NCBI GenBank assembly: GCA_001766815.1
Contig: LYOS01000002.1
Span: 354,577-386,576, forward strand
DNA from: Candidatus Syntropharchaeum caldarium
Lineage (GTDB): Archaea > Halobacteriota > Syntropharchaeia > Syntropharchaeales > Syntropharchaeaceae
Direction of reading: 5' to 3'
Length of the DNA stretch: 32,000 bases
Each line of letters starts with the position of its first letter. Position 1 is the first letter of the stretch. The notes below the pieces were generated by a model. That model had not been told where the DNA came from and did not search any database. It saw only the letters and a list, made by a program, of their open reading frames with translations. Positions 8,657-17,634 of the stretch are shown here, piece by piece. Position numbers and translations under genes: made by a program.

Positions 8657-9007
8657 CTACTTGATGTAACTATCCGCGATCCTGCGTGTAGCTTCAATAT
8701 CTGCCTTCATCCCGAGTTCAAGGATGTTCTTCAGCGTCGCCTTTGTGTACTCGCCTCGCATGAACTGGGTTGCAAGCCCCTTTTCTCTTGGCCACATCTC
8801 AATCTTTGCTGATGTGATCAGGACAAGCATATCTTCCCTGAAGTTTTCAAGCTCGTCCTCATCGAGTGTAAGCAGTCCTTCGAGCCAGTCTGTCATCTCA
8901 AGCTTCGTTTTGAGCGTGTTTGCGTCTTCCTCATCCAGTTCGATATCGAGACGTCCTATCGTGAGCAAAAACCTGCCACGCGCTGTTTTATAGACCTCGA
9001 TCTCCAT
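8657..9007 (-). CDS. Hypothetical 116-aa protein, acidic and predicted helical.
   Basis: An intact ORF with RBS GAGGTGG, 9 nt downstream of the ATPase gene. I do not recognise a family. Confidence 0.6.
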   Translation of the reverse strand: MEIEVYKTARGRFLLTIGRLDIELDEEDANTLKTKLEMTDWLEGLLTLDEDELENFREDMLVLITSAKIEMWPREKGLATQFMRGEYTKATLKNILELGMKADIEATRRIADSYIK

Positions 9008-9016
9008 TCTGCCACC

Positions 9017-10447
9017 TCATACATATGGTGTGAGCTTCAGCGTTGGAGATCCGTCAACAAATACAGTATCAACGTTGTAAATCCACGTCTCAGGTTTAAT
9101 TCCATAGAGCACAACAGTTCGATCGAGCGTAGTGAGTTTGAGATACTTGCTCGCCATGTCAACAAGCTCATCCCTGATGGCAAGGTTTGGTGTGACTCTC
9201 ACGATATCAACATTACCTCTCTCCTTGGTGGTCTCAATATTCACGCTAATCTCTTTTATTCCTGTACTTAACTCTCCGATCTCTTTCAGGCGGTAAGGGA
9301 ATTCAAGCATATCAGCACCGATAAAACCAATAACTGGTGATTCTTTCGAGATTTTATGCTCCCTTATTGTCCGCAGGTCATCCTTTATCGAGTTACCTTT
9401 GAGCGGCACCATATTTTCACGTGGTTCTGCTCCTTCTGGATGGATCTCAAAGACAGTCAAATTTTTTCTGTACTTATCCTCATCGACAAAAGGCCCCAGG
9501 ACCTTTCTCCATCGAGCTTCATTTCTACCACAGCATGGAAGCGCCACGACCGGATGATCATTCTGTATCGCGTTGATGAAAGTTACACCGACAATAGCCT
9601 GATAGCCCCATCCAGAGATGTCATCCCCGACCTCGAAGACGTTGAACGAACCTCGCCTGAAACCACCTCCAAGGATCTTGTCGAGATCTTCACTTCCTGA
9701 AGATACAAAATTTCCCTTATCGGGTATCGGTTTTACCTTTGTAGGCCCTGTTGGAGGTATTGACTTGATCCCAAACGGATTGAAGATCTGAAAACGCCCA
9801 TCCAGTAGTGTAAATGGGTATTTTGGTTGATCGATACGTGTCCGCCTTAACTTGGACATGTAGATCTCCCTTACACGCCTGTACTCGATCATGATATCAT
9901 TGAATACGACGATACCGTCAACAAGGTAATCAAGTGTTGTAACATCCATCGTCTCACCTGTTAGAATGAGGTTGATGTTACGTTCTCGCACAAGTTCAGT
10001 CACAAGTGCCTCAAGCCTTGCCATCTCAACCGGCTCACACTGTAGCTTTATCGCATCCCAGCTATCGATCACAACCGTGACCCCTTCCCCCATCTCACTG
10101 ATCCTTCTTGCAAGTACCTCAGGGAATGTCATTGTTCCGGTCATTGCAGACGTATATACCGTGTAATCGGTCGGGACATAGATCTTGCTCGTGTCTATAA
10201 TATTTATCGGTTCGATACACTCCTCAAGCCATGGGAAGTGTGTGTAGAGTGCTTTTGGCGAGACCCTTGTTGAAAGGTAAATCCCCTCTCCGCCTACTGC
10301 ACGAAGCAGTTCAAGTGCTAAGGAGGTTTTGCCCACACCTGGTCTCCCTTTCAAGAGGAGTGAGAAACCCCCTGGCTTTTCGATAGCTCTCAAAAGTTCT
10401 GCAGGAACGTGCGTCCTGCTCTCTTCGGCACCACTTAATTCAGCCAT
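9017..10447 (-). CDS. KaiC/RecA-superfamily P-loop ATPase (GvpD-like, two-domain).
   Basis: It has a Walker A motif, LLLKGRPGVGKTSLALELL, and a Walker B-like VVIDSWD. The length is about 476 aa. An alternative GTG start lies at 10456. Confidence 0.7.
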   Translation of the reverse strand: MAELSGAEESRTHVPAELLRAIEKPGGFSLLLKGRPGVGKTSLALELLRAVGGEGIYLSTRVSPKALYTHFPWLEECIEPINIIDTSKIYVPTDYTVYTSAMTGTMTFPEVLARRISEMGEGVTVVIDSWDAIKLQCEPVEMARLEALVTELVRERNINLILTGETMDVTTLDYLVDGIVVFNDIMIEYRRVREIYMSKLRRTRIDQPKYPFTLLDGRFQIFNPFGIKSIPPTGPTKVKPIPDKGNFVSSGSEDLDKILGGGFRRGSFNVFEVGDDISGWGYQAIVGVTFINAIQNDHPVVALPCCGRNEARWRKVLGPFVDEDKYRKNLTVFEIHPEGAEPRENMVPLKGNSIKDDLRTIREHKISKESPVIGFIGADMLEFPYRLKEIGELSTGIKEISVNIETTKERGNVDIVRVTPNLAIRDELVDMASKYLKLTTLDRTVVLYGIKPETWIYNVDTVFVDGSPTLKLTPYV

Positions 10448-10660
10448 ATTAATCACAATAGTTCATTATAGATCTTATCCTATTTAAACTTTTGTATTCT
10501 TACATCATTTTCAATTAGAATTCCGCTGAATTTTACACGATGTTACCACCGAAAGACAGAACCTCTTCATCAAAATAGAATAAGTTTATTAATGATAAAC
10601 TTTAATAATGATAATTAGGTGGATCTATGATAAATATATCTCTTGGAGGCAAGATTTAAG

Positions 10661-11332
10661 ATGATTACAGGTGAACGCAAGGATCTCGAAGAGCTGATGG
10701 AGATCGTTAAAACATACAACAGTCTCGCTGTCGTTGGATGCGATGGCTGTGTGGGGATATATCAGATAGGTGGGTTCAAAGAGGCGGAATCGCTTGCATC
10801 GCTCTTGAAGATGGGGGATAAGATCAAGAATGGTGTTGTTCAGGATGCAGAGGCATTTACCGTTATCAGGCAGTGTGATAAGGAGCTTATCGAGAAGGAA
10901 CTTGGTGGAAAACTTGATAAATTTGAGGCGATAGTCTCGACTGCATGTGGTGTCGGTGTCCAGACGATGGCAGCGGTATTCGAGGATAGGGTCGTTTATC
11001 CAGCTCTGAACACACTATTCATGGGAGCGCAGGATCGGGAAGGGGCGGAGCTTTATGAGCTGTGTAAAGGATGCGGTGACTGTGTGCTCCATTTAACAGG
11101 TGGGATCTGCCCCATGACTCGATGCGCAAAAGGACTCCTCAACGGTCCCTGTGGTGGGGCGGTTGATGGTAAGTGCGAGGTGGGCGATTACACGAATGAC
11201 TGTGCATGGGTTCTGATCTACGAAAAGTTGAAATCAATGGATCGACTCGACCTGTATACAACTTTCCGTTTACCGAGGGACAGAAGGCCGTCAATGAGCC
11301 CAAGAAAGCTTGCAGGGGGTGCAAAGTATTGA
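10661..11332 (+). CDS. metV: MetV-like protein (methylene-tetrahydrofolate reductase C-terminal-domain family, Cys-rich).
   Basis: It carries the motif GGICPMTRCAKGLLNGPCGG together with CKGCGDC. GGAGG lies 10 nt upstream of the ATG at 10661, and the TTG at 10643 overlaps that RBS. Confidence 0.75.
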   Translation: MITGERKDLEELMEIVKTYNSLAVVGCDGCVGIYQIGGFKEAESLASLLKMGDKIKNGVVQDAEAFTVIRQCDKELIEKELGGKLDKFEAIVSTACGVGVQTMAAVFEDRVVYPALNTLFMGAQDREGAELYELCKGCGDCVLHLTGGICPMTRCAKGLLNGPCGGAVDGKCEVGDYTNDCAWVLIYEKLKSMDRLDLYTTFRLPRDRRPSMSPRKLAGGAKY

Positions 11333-11352
11333 CTGAAGTTTATAGCGACTTG

Positions 11353-12252
11353 ATGAAGAAGATCAAGGAGGGCAAGTTTGTTTTTACAGGTGAGCTTGAG
11401 CCTGAGAAGACGACAGATCTCACCGAGCTTGTTGAGAGCGCCAAAAAACTTCTTGGTCACTGTGTTGCGTGCAATGTGACAGATAACCCCCAGTCAATGG
11501 CTTACATGTCAAGCCTCGTGGCATCACATATCGTCCAGCGTGATTCAGGGATGGAGTGCGTCTATCAGCTCAGGTGTTCTGATAGAAACTCGATTGCGTT
11601 AACATCAGATCTTCTGGGGGCGGGTGCACTTGGCATCAGGAACGTTCTTGCCTTAACAGGCGATCATACATCTCTGGGGGATTATCCAGGGTCGATGCCT
11701 GTCTTCGATCTTGATTCTGGGCAGCTTGTATATCTGATCAGGCGCATGGTGGATGAGGGGGTTGATCTCAATGGAAAGCCGATAGAACATCCACCCAGGT
11801 TCCACGTAGGCGTGGCTGGAAACCCAAACGCAGACCCGCTCGATTCTGAGATCTTGAAGCTCAAACGGAAGGTCGAGGCTGGGGCTGAGTTTGTCCAGAC
11901 ACAGGTCATATTCGATATTGAGATTGCAAAGACGTTCCTTAAAGAGATGGAGAAGTACAAGGTCCCGGTCTTAATCGGCATTTTCCCGCTCAAGAACTAT
12001 GGAACAGCCGATTACTTCGATAAGTATATTCCAGGCGTGCACGTGCCAAAAGATCTTCTTGCAAAGATGAAAGAGGCATCGGAGATCGGAGACAAGAAGA
12101 AGAAGATGGAGCGGTATGATGAGATAAACCTCGACTATTACGGAGATTTTGTCCATGAAATCGCACATAACACCTCTGCTGCTGGAATACATGTCATGGC
12201 GGTGGCTTATGAGCGGATAACCCCACCACTTATCGAGTGTGCGAAAATATGA
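11353..12252 (+). CDS. metF: MetF-type 5,10-methylene-tetrahydrofolate/H4MPT reductase.
   Basis: The N-terminus GKFVFTGELEPEKT matches MetF and the fold length is about 300 aa. An alternative TTG start at 11329 overlaps the metV stop (TTGA) and follows a GGGGGTG RBS. Confidence 0.8.
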   Translation: MKKIKEGKFVFTGELEPEKTTDLTELVESAKKLLGHCVACNVTDNPQSMAYMSSLVASHIVQRDSGMECVYQLRCSDRNSIALTSDLLGAGALGIRNVLALTGDHTSLGDYPGSMPVFDLDSGQLVYLIRRMVDEGVDLNGKPIEHPPRFHVGVAGNPNADPLDSEILKLKRKVEAGAEFVQTQVIFDIEIAKTFLKEMEKYKVPVLIGIFPLKNYGTADYFDKYIPGVHVPKDLLAKMKEASEIGDKKKKMERYDEINLDYYGDFVHEIAHNTSAAGIHVMAVAYERITPPLIECAKI

Positions 12253-14210
12253 GTCGGGATGAGATAAAAATCGGGGTCTATGTCTGCCACTGCGGGATAA
12301 ACATCGAGGCGACGGTTGATACTGCAAGGGTTGCTGAGTTTGCCTCTCACCTACCAGGAGTTGTTGTTGCAAGAGACTACAAGTATATGTGTTCAGATCC
12401 TGGCCAGGAACTGATCAGGGAAGATATGCGTGAGCTTGGGGTAAACAGGGTCGTTGTTGCATCCTGTTCACCCAGAATGCATGAACCAACATACAGAGCG
12501 GTACTTGCAGAGACGGGTGGGAATGAATACTGCTTCGAGATGGCAAATATCCGTGAGCAGTGCTCATGGGTTCATAAGAACAGAGAAGAAGGTACAAAGA
12601 AGGCGATGGATCTTGTAGAAGGGGCTGTTGCCAGGGCCTACCTGCTTGAACCACTTGAGCCAAGAGAGGTTGATGTAATCCCTGCGTGTCTCGTCATCGG
12701 GGGTGGTGTTTCGGGGATCTATGCCGCACTTGGTGTTGCAGAGAAGGGATTCAAGACCTATCTTGTCGAGAAGACGCCTTCGATCGGTGGACACATGGCA
12801 CAGCTTGATAAAACTTTTCCAACGCTGGACTGTTCGGCATGTATTTTAACACCCAAGATGGTCGATGCCGCAAGACACCCCAATATCGAGCTTATGACCT
12901 ACTCAGAGGTTATGGATGTCTCAGGATATGTCGGTAACTTCAACGTTACAATCCGTAAGAAGCCGAGATATATCGATATCGACCTGTGTACAGGCTGTGG
13001 GCTTTGCGGTGAGGCGTGCATCCTTTCTGGAAAGATCCCCAATGAGTTTGATATGAAAAAGGGAAAACGGGGGGCGGCATATGTTCCATTTCCACAGGCA
13101 GTGCCTTTGAAGTACACGATCGATCCTGAAAATTGCATCTTCCTGAAGAAGGGCAAGTGCGGAAAGTCACCAGCCTGTCAGGAAGCCTGTCCAAGAGATG
13201 CAATAGATTTCACGCAACGGGAAGAGATCGTTGAGATTGAAGTTGGATCGATCATCATCGCAACAGGTTATGACCTCTTTGACCCGTCCACAGAACCGCA
13301 GTATGGGTACGGACTTCCGAATGTGATAACAGGCCTTGAATTTGAGCGTCTGATCAATGCATCAGGTCCAACCGGTGGCAAGGTGCTTCTTGAGAATGGA
13401 GAGTATCCCAAAAAAGTTGTTCTGATCCAGTGTGTCGGATCAAGGGAGATCGGGGGTAGATCGTACTGTTCGCGGTTCTGCTGTATGTATACCGCAAAGC
13501 ATGCACACCTGATCGAGGAGAAGATAGAGGGTGCAGAGGTTACAGTTCTATATACTGATGTCAGAGCGTTTGGGAAAGGATTTGAGGAGTTTTACAACCG
13601 TGTCAAGTCGGAAGGAATCAACTACATCTGGCGTGATCTATATGCGTCGATCGAGGTGACACAGAACGGTGATGGCCTGAAGGTCAAAGCAGAAGGTGTT
13701 GGACCCATCGAGCTTGATGCTGATATGGTCGTGCTTGCAACCGCTGCTGTTCCATCCCGGGATGCAAAAGAGATCGGAAGCGTTCTCAAGATCCCGGAGA
13801 GTCCTGACGGCTTTTTCATGGAGTCCCATCCCAAGCTCAAGCCGATCGATACAGCATCTGATGGGATATTCCTTGCAGGCTGCTGTCAGTCACCAAAAGA
13901 CATTCCTGATTCGGTCGCACAGGCGTGTGGAGCGGCTTCCAGGGCTGCGATCTCACTCTTCAGGGGTAAGGTGCCGATCGAGGTTATCTCATCCCAGATC
14001 AATGAAGAGATCTGCTCAGGCTGCAGGATGTGTGAAGAGATCTGTGCCTATGGTGCACTTAGCTTTGACGAAGAAAAAGGTCTTATGACCGTGAATGAAG
14101 TGCTGTGCAAGGGGTGCGGTTCATGCGCTTCGACATGTCCATCAGGTGCGATTACGATGAAACACTACAAGGATGCGCAGATATTTGCGCAGATCGAGGC
14201 GGTGGTTTGA
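12249..14210 (+). CDS. hdrA: Heterodisulfide reductase subunit A (canonical architecture).
   Basis: It shows VCHCGINI, CSPRMHE, NIREQCSWVH, GGGVSG, LDCSACILTPK, an inserted 2x[4Fe-4S] ferredoxin domain, CSRFCCMY and a C-terminal 2x[4Fe-4S] domain. An ATGA overlap links it to the metF stop. Confidence 0.9.
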   Translation: MSRDEIKIGVYVCHCGINIEATVDTARVAEFASHLPGVVVARDYKYMCSDPGQELIREDMRELGVNRVVVASCSPRMHEPTYRAVLAETGGNEYCFEMANIREQCSWVHKNREEGTKKAMDLVEGAVARAYLLEPLEPREVDVIPACLVIGGGVSGIYAALGVAEKGFKTYLVEKTPSIGGHMAQLDKTFPTLDCSACILTPKMVDAARHPNIELMTYSEVMDVSGYVGNFNVTIRKKPRYIDIDLCTGCGLCGEACILSGKIPNEFDMKKGKRGAAYVPFPQAVPLKYTIDPENCIFLKKGKCGKSPACQEACPRDAIDFTQREEIVEIEVGSIIIATGYDLFDPSTEPQYGYGLPNVITGLEFERLINASGPTGGKVLLENGEYPKKVVLIQCVGSREIGGRSYCSRFCCMYTAKHAHLIEEKIEGAEVTVLYTDVRAFGKGFEEFYNRVKSEGINYIWRDLYASIEVTQNGDGLKVKAEGVGPIELDADMVVLATAAVPSRDAKEIGSVLKIPESPDGFFMESHPKLKPIDTASDGIFLAGCCQSPKDIPDSVAQACGAASRAAISLFRGKVPIEVISSQINEEICSGCRMCEEICAYGALSFDEEKGLMTVNEVLCKGCGSCASTCPSGAITMKHYKDAQIFAQIEAVV

Positions 14211-14212
14211 GG

Positions 14213-15928
14213 ATGAAGATACTTGTATTTATCTGCGGGTGCCAGGGAAAGATCGAGGAGGTGCTTGATCTCGATGCACTCTCAGCCTTCACATCCACGA
14301 TCGAGGACGTCGAGGCAGTGAAGATCGATCGATACCTCTGTGGTAAGGAGGGTCTCTCGCTCTTCAAAGAGGAGGTTATGCGTGTTAAGCCCGATCGCGT
14401 GATCATTGCTGGATGCTCTCCCCGTCTTCATGGCGAGATATTTGCAGAGGCGCTAGAAGACGCTGGTATGAATCCACACCTCAGAGAGCATGTGAACATC
14501 AGAGAACAGTGTGCATGGGCGCACTTCGATGATTTAGATGGTGCAAACCGCAAGGCAAAGAAGCTCATGGAGATGGGGATTGCAAAGGTCAGGCTCAAGC
14601 GACCGCTTGACAAGATTAATGTAGAGATGAAACCAGCAGCTCTTGTTATTGGTGGTGGTGTTTCTGGTATGGAAGCAGCTTTGGATCTTTCAAATGGTGG
14701 TTTCAAGGTTTATCTTGTTGAACGAGAAGCTGAACTTGGTGGACGAGTCAAACGATTGAGCCAGACATTTCCCACTGTTGGATGCGGCATCTGCTGTATG
14801 CATGACTGTCCTGATTGTGTACTCACACCACAGGTGGAGGAGGTCTTATCTGATGAGAATATCGAGGTCTTAACCTCCACGACCGTTGAGAAGGCGGATG
14901 GCTTTATTGGAAACTATAAAGTTAGACTCACCGGTGGCGGAGAGATCGATGTTGGAACTGTAATAATTGCAACAGGAACCAAGACTTTTGATCCGAACCG
15001 TATTCCTGAGTATAGCTATTCCTCAGCCGATGTCATAACCTCGCTTGAGCTTGAGGATCTCTATATGAAGGCACGGTCAGATGGTGGCCAGATAAAGCGC
15101 CCCTCAGATGGTAAGATCCCTGAATCCATCAACTTCATCCAGTGTGTTGGATCAAGAGGGATCAAGGGTGGAAATCCGTACTGCTCGATCGTCTGCTGTA
15201 TATATGCACTTGGCCATGCGAGGGAGTTCAAGTCCCGCTACCCGGACGCTGAAGTTACCATTCATTACATCGATCTTAGATCACCCTATCGTGGATTTGA
15301 GGAGTACTACAACGAAGCACGTGATATGGGTGTTAACTTTGTAAGAGGAGAGATTGATAAAATTGAGGAGCGAGAGGACGGTGTCTATATTATGGGCACC
15401 AATCGAGATACAAAGGAGAGATATGAGATGAAATCAGATCTCGTAGTCCTCTCAGTCGGGCAGGAACCAGCGGATAATACGCGTGAGCTTGCAAATTTGT
15501 TCAACCTTGAGCTTGATCAGGACGGATTCTTTTTAGAGAAAAACCTGCGGCTGATCGGGGAGGATACATCGGGTGTCTATGTCGCTGGCGCAGCCAATGG
15601 TCCAAGAAATATACGTTACTCTGTCGCAGACGGAAGGGTTATGGCTGAAGCTGCCATCGAGCGAATCGGTGCTGAGAGAATCCTGCTTGAGGGGGTTGTT
15701 GCCAGAATTGATCAGGACCTCTGCATCAAATGTGCGACATGTCTTGAGGTATGCCCATACGGGATTGTTGAAATTGTCCGTGAGGATGCAGAAGAGATAC
15801 GTCTCGAGGTGCTTGAGGGTGGATGCAGGGCATGCGGGATATGTGCTGCTGAGTGCCCAGCATCTGCGATACAGCTTGAGGACTTCAGGGATGATCAGAT
15901 ACTTGCTGAGGTGGAGGTTGCGATATGA
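14213..15928 (+). CDS. HdrA-like flavoprotein, a variant lacking the inserted ferredoxin domain.
   Basis: It shows ICGCQGK, CSPRLHGE, NIREQCAWAH, GGGVSG and the new Cys motif CGICCMHDCPDC, plus CSIVCCIY and a C-terminal 2x[4Fe-4S] domain. The ATG lies 2 nt after the previous stop. Confidence 0.85.
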   Translation: MKILVFICGCQGKIEEVLDLDALSAFTSTIEDVEAVKIDRYLCGKEGLSLFKEEVMRVKPDRVIIAGCSPRLHGEIFAEALEDAGMNPHLREHVNIREQCAWAHFDDLDGANRKAKKLMEMGIAKVRLKRPLDKINVEMKPAALVIGGGVSGMEAALDLSNGGFKVYLVEREAELGGRVKRLSQTFPTVGCGICCMHDCPDCVLTPQVEEVLSDENIEVLTSTTVEKADGFIGNYKVRLTGGGEIDVGTVIIATGTKTFDPNRIPEYSYSSADVITSLELEDLYMKARSDGGQIKRPSDGKIPESINFIQCVGSRGIKGGNPYCSIVCCIYALGHAREFKSRYPDAEVTIHYIDLRSPYRGFEEYYNEARDMGVNFVRGEIDKIEEREDGVYIMGTNRDTKERYEMKSDLVVLSVGQEPADNTRELANLFNLELDQDGFFLEKNLRLIGEDTSGVYVAGAANGPRNIRYSVADGRVMAEAAIERIGAERILLEGVVARIDQDLCIKCATCLEVCPYGIVEIVREDAEEIRLEVLEGGCRACGICAAECPASAIQLEDFRDDQILAEVEVAI

Positions 15929-17634
15929 TCGGCGTATTCTTGTGTGGCTGTGATGGCGAGGTATCAGAGAGGATCGAGCTTAAGTGGCTGGGCGAGGTTG
16001 CAGAGCGTGATCCAGATGTTGGGTATCTCGAGATAGATGAGCACCTCTGCAGTAAGGAGGCGGTCAGGAAGATAAGGTCGATTGTAGAGTCAAAGAACCT
16101 CGATAGGATTGTTATCGCCGGATGCTCTCCCAGAACTCATGAGAAGATCTTTGATGACCTTGCACCGATCGTTGAGTTTGCAAACATACGTGAGCAGGCT
16201 GCATGGGTCCATCCAGAGAAAGAAGAGGCAACACGGGTTGCAGCAGATATTTTACAGTCTGCAATAGTCCGTGCAAAACTGGCAGCAGAGCTTGAACCAG
16301 TCAGAGTTCCGATCGAGCCATCATGTCTCGTGATCGGTGGCGGAGTTTCAGGTATGCAGGCAGCATCAGATCTTTCTGCTCAAGGGTACAGGGTCTATCT
16401 TGTTGAGCGGGATGAGCGGCTTGGTGGACGGGTAAAGCGACTCTCAATGACCTTCCCCACCATTAGTTGTGGTTTTCCATGCAGACACGACTGTCCTGAG
16501 TGTGAACTGACGCCAAAAGAGGAAGAGCTCTATGCATCCGAGTTTGTTGAGATCTTAACATCCACAGAGGTCATGGAAGTAGAGGGCAGGATCGGGGACT
16601 ACCATGTCACGCTCAGGACTCCAGAAGGGGTGCGCGAGATAAAGGTCGGCACCGTCGTTATTGCAACAGGGACAAAAACCTATGATCCATCCAGAATTCC
16701 TGAGTATGGTTATGAGTTTGAGGATGTCATCACATCGATCGAGCTTGAGGATCTTTACATGAAGCACAGGTTCCTTGGTGGAGGTGGGGAGCTTAGAAGG
16801 CCATCTGATGATGCAATACCGAAACGAGTGGATTTCATCCAGTGTGTCGGATCAAGGGGAGAGAAAGGAGGAAATCCGTACTGCTCGATCGTCTGCTGTC
16901 TCTATGGGATCGGGCATGCACGTGCGATAAAAGAGATGCACCCAGCATGCGAGGTTTATCTCCACTTCACAAATATCCAGGCTCCATACAGGGGGTTTGA
17001 GGAGTATTACAAGGAATCCGAGTCACTCGGGGTCAACTTCGTGCGTGGTGAGGTGAAGTTAGTTGAGAAGGGTGAAGAAGGACTTGTTATAACATACGAG
17101 AATGTCGACCTGCAAAAGAGCTTTGAAGAAGCGACCGATCTTGTGGTGCTATCTGTCGGTCAGGAACCATCAGATGGAGCAAAAGAGCTTGCAGAACTCT
17201 TCTACAGAGAACTTGATCCAGATGGCTTCTTCACTGAGGTCAACCAGAAGATTGTCAGAGAGGATGCAACCGGGGTCTTTGTTGCAGGTTGTGCGCTTGG
17301 GCCCCGTAATATCCGCTATGCGGTTGCAGACGGCAAGATTGCAGCAGAGAATGCGCTGGCGCTCCTCAAAAAGGGTGAATTCGAGATGGAAGGGATAATG
17401 CCGATCGTTGATGATACAAAGTGCATCGGGTGTAATATCTGCGGAAATCTCTGCTACTTCGGGGCGATTGGTGTGACGGAGGAGATAGCAGAGGTTGTTG
17501 AGGGTAAGTGCAGAGGATGTGGGATCTGTGCTGCAGCCTGCCCTGAGAAGGCGATCACGCTCACACAGTTTGATGACGAAGAGATTACGGCTCAGATTGA
17601 GGTATTTGCCAGAGCAGGGGAGGTGTCTGGATGA
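15925..17634 (+). CDS. HdrA-like flavoprotein, the second copy of the variant type.
   Basis: It has the same architecture as 14213..15928 (LCGCDGE, CGFPCRHDCPEC, CSIVCCLY, C-terminal ferredoxin). An ATGA overlap links it to the upstream gene. Confidence 0.85.
   Translation: MIGVFLCGCDGEVSERIELKWLGEVAERDPDVGYLEIDEHLCSKEAVRKIRSIVESKNLDRIVIAGCSPRTHEKIFDDLAPIVEFANIREQAAWVHPEKEEATRVAADILQSAIVRAKLAAELEPVRVPIEPSCLVIGGGVSGMQAASDLSAQGYRVYLVERDERLGGRVKRLSMTFPTISCGFPCRHDCPECELTPKEEELYASEFVEILTSTEVMEVEGRIGDYHVTLRTPEGVREIKVGTVVIATGTKTYDPSRIPEYGYEFEDVITSIELEDLYMKHRFLGGGGELRRPSDDAIPKRVDFIQCVGSRGEKGGNPYCSIVCCLYGIGHARAIKEMHPACEVYLHFTNIQAPYRGFEEYYKESESLGVNFVRGEVKLVEKGEEGLVITYENVDLQKSFEEATDLVVLSVGQEPSDGAKELAELFYRELDPDGFFTEVNQKIVREDATGVFVAGCALGPRNIRYAVADGKIAAENALALLKKGEFEMEGIMPIVDDTKCIGCNICGNLCYFGAIGVTEEIAEVVEGKCRGCGICAAACPEKAITLTQFDDEEITAQIEVFARAGEVSG

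Noticed and set aside
10457-10660. Direct repeats ATGATAA...ATGATAA and several TATA-like boxes in the divergent kaiC-like/metV intergenic region, considered as specific regulator binding sites.
   Set aside because: The region is simply very AT-rich, the repeats are short (7 nt), and I cannot distinguish them from chance. It probably contains both promoters, but I cannot place them with confidence.
11206-11352. The long form of metF starting at 11206, as in the track ORF.
   Set aside because: It would overlap metV by 127 nt in another frame, with a non-MetF-like N-terminus. The MetF-like sequence begins around MKKIKEGKFVFTGE (ATG at 11353). The TTG at 11329 (a TTGA overlap with the metV stop, with a GGGGGTG RBS) is the only alternative I consider plausible.
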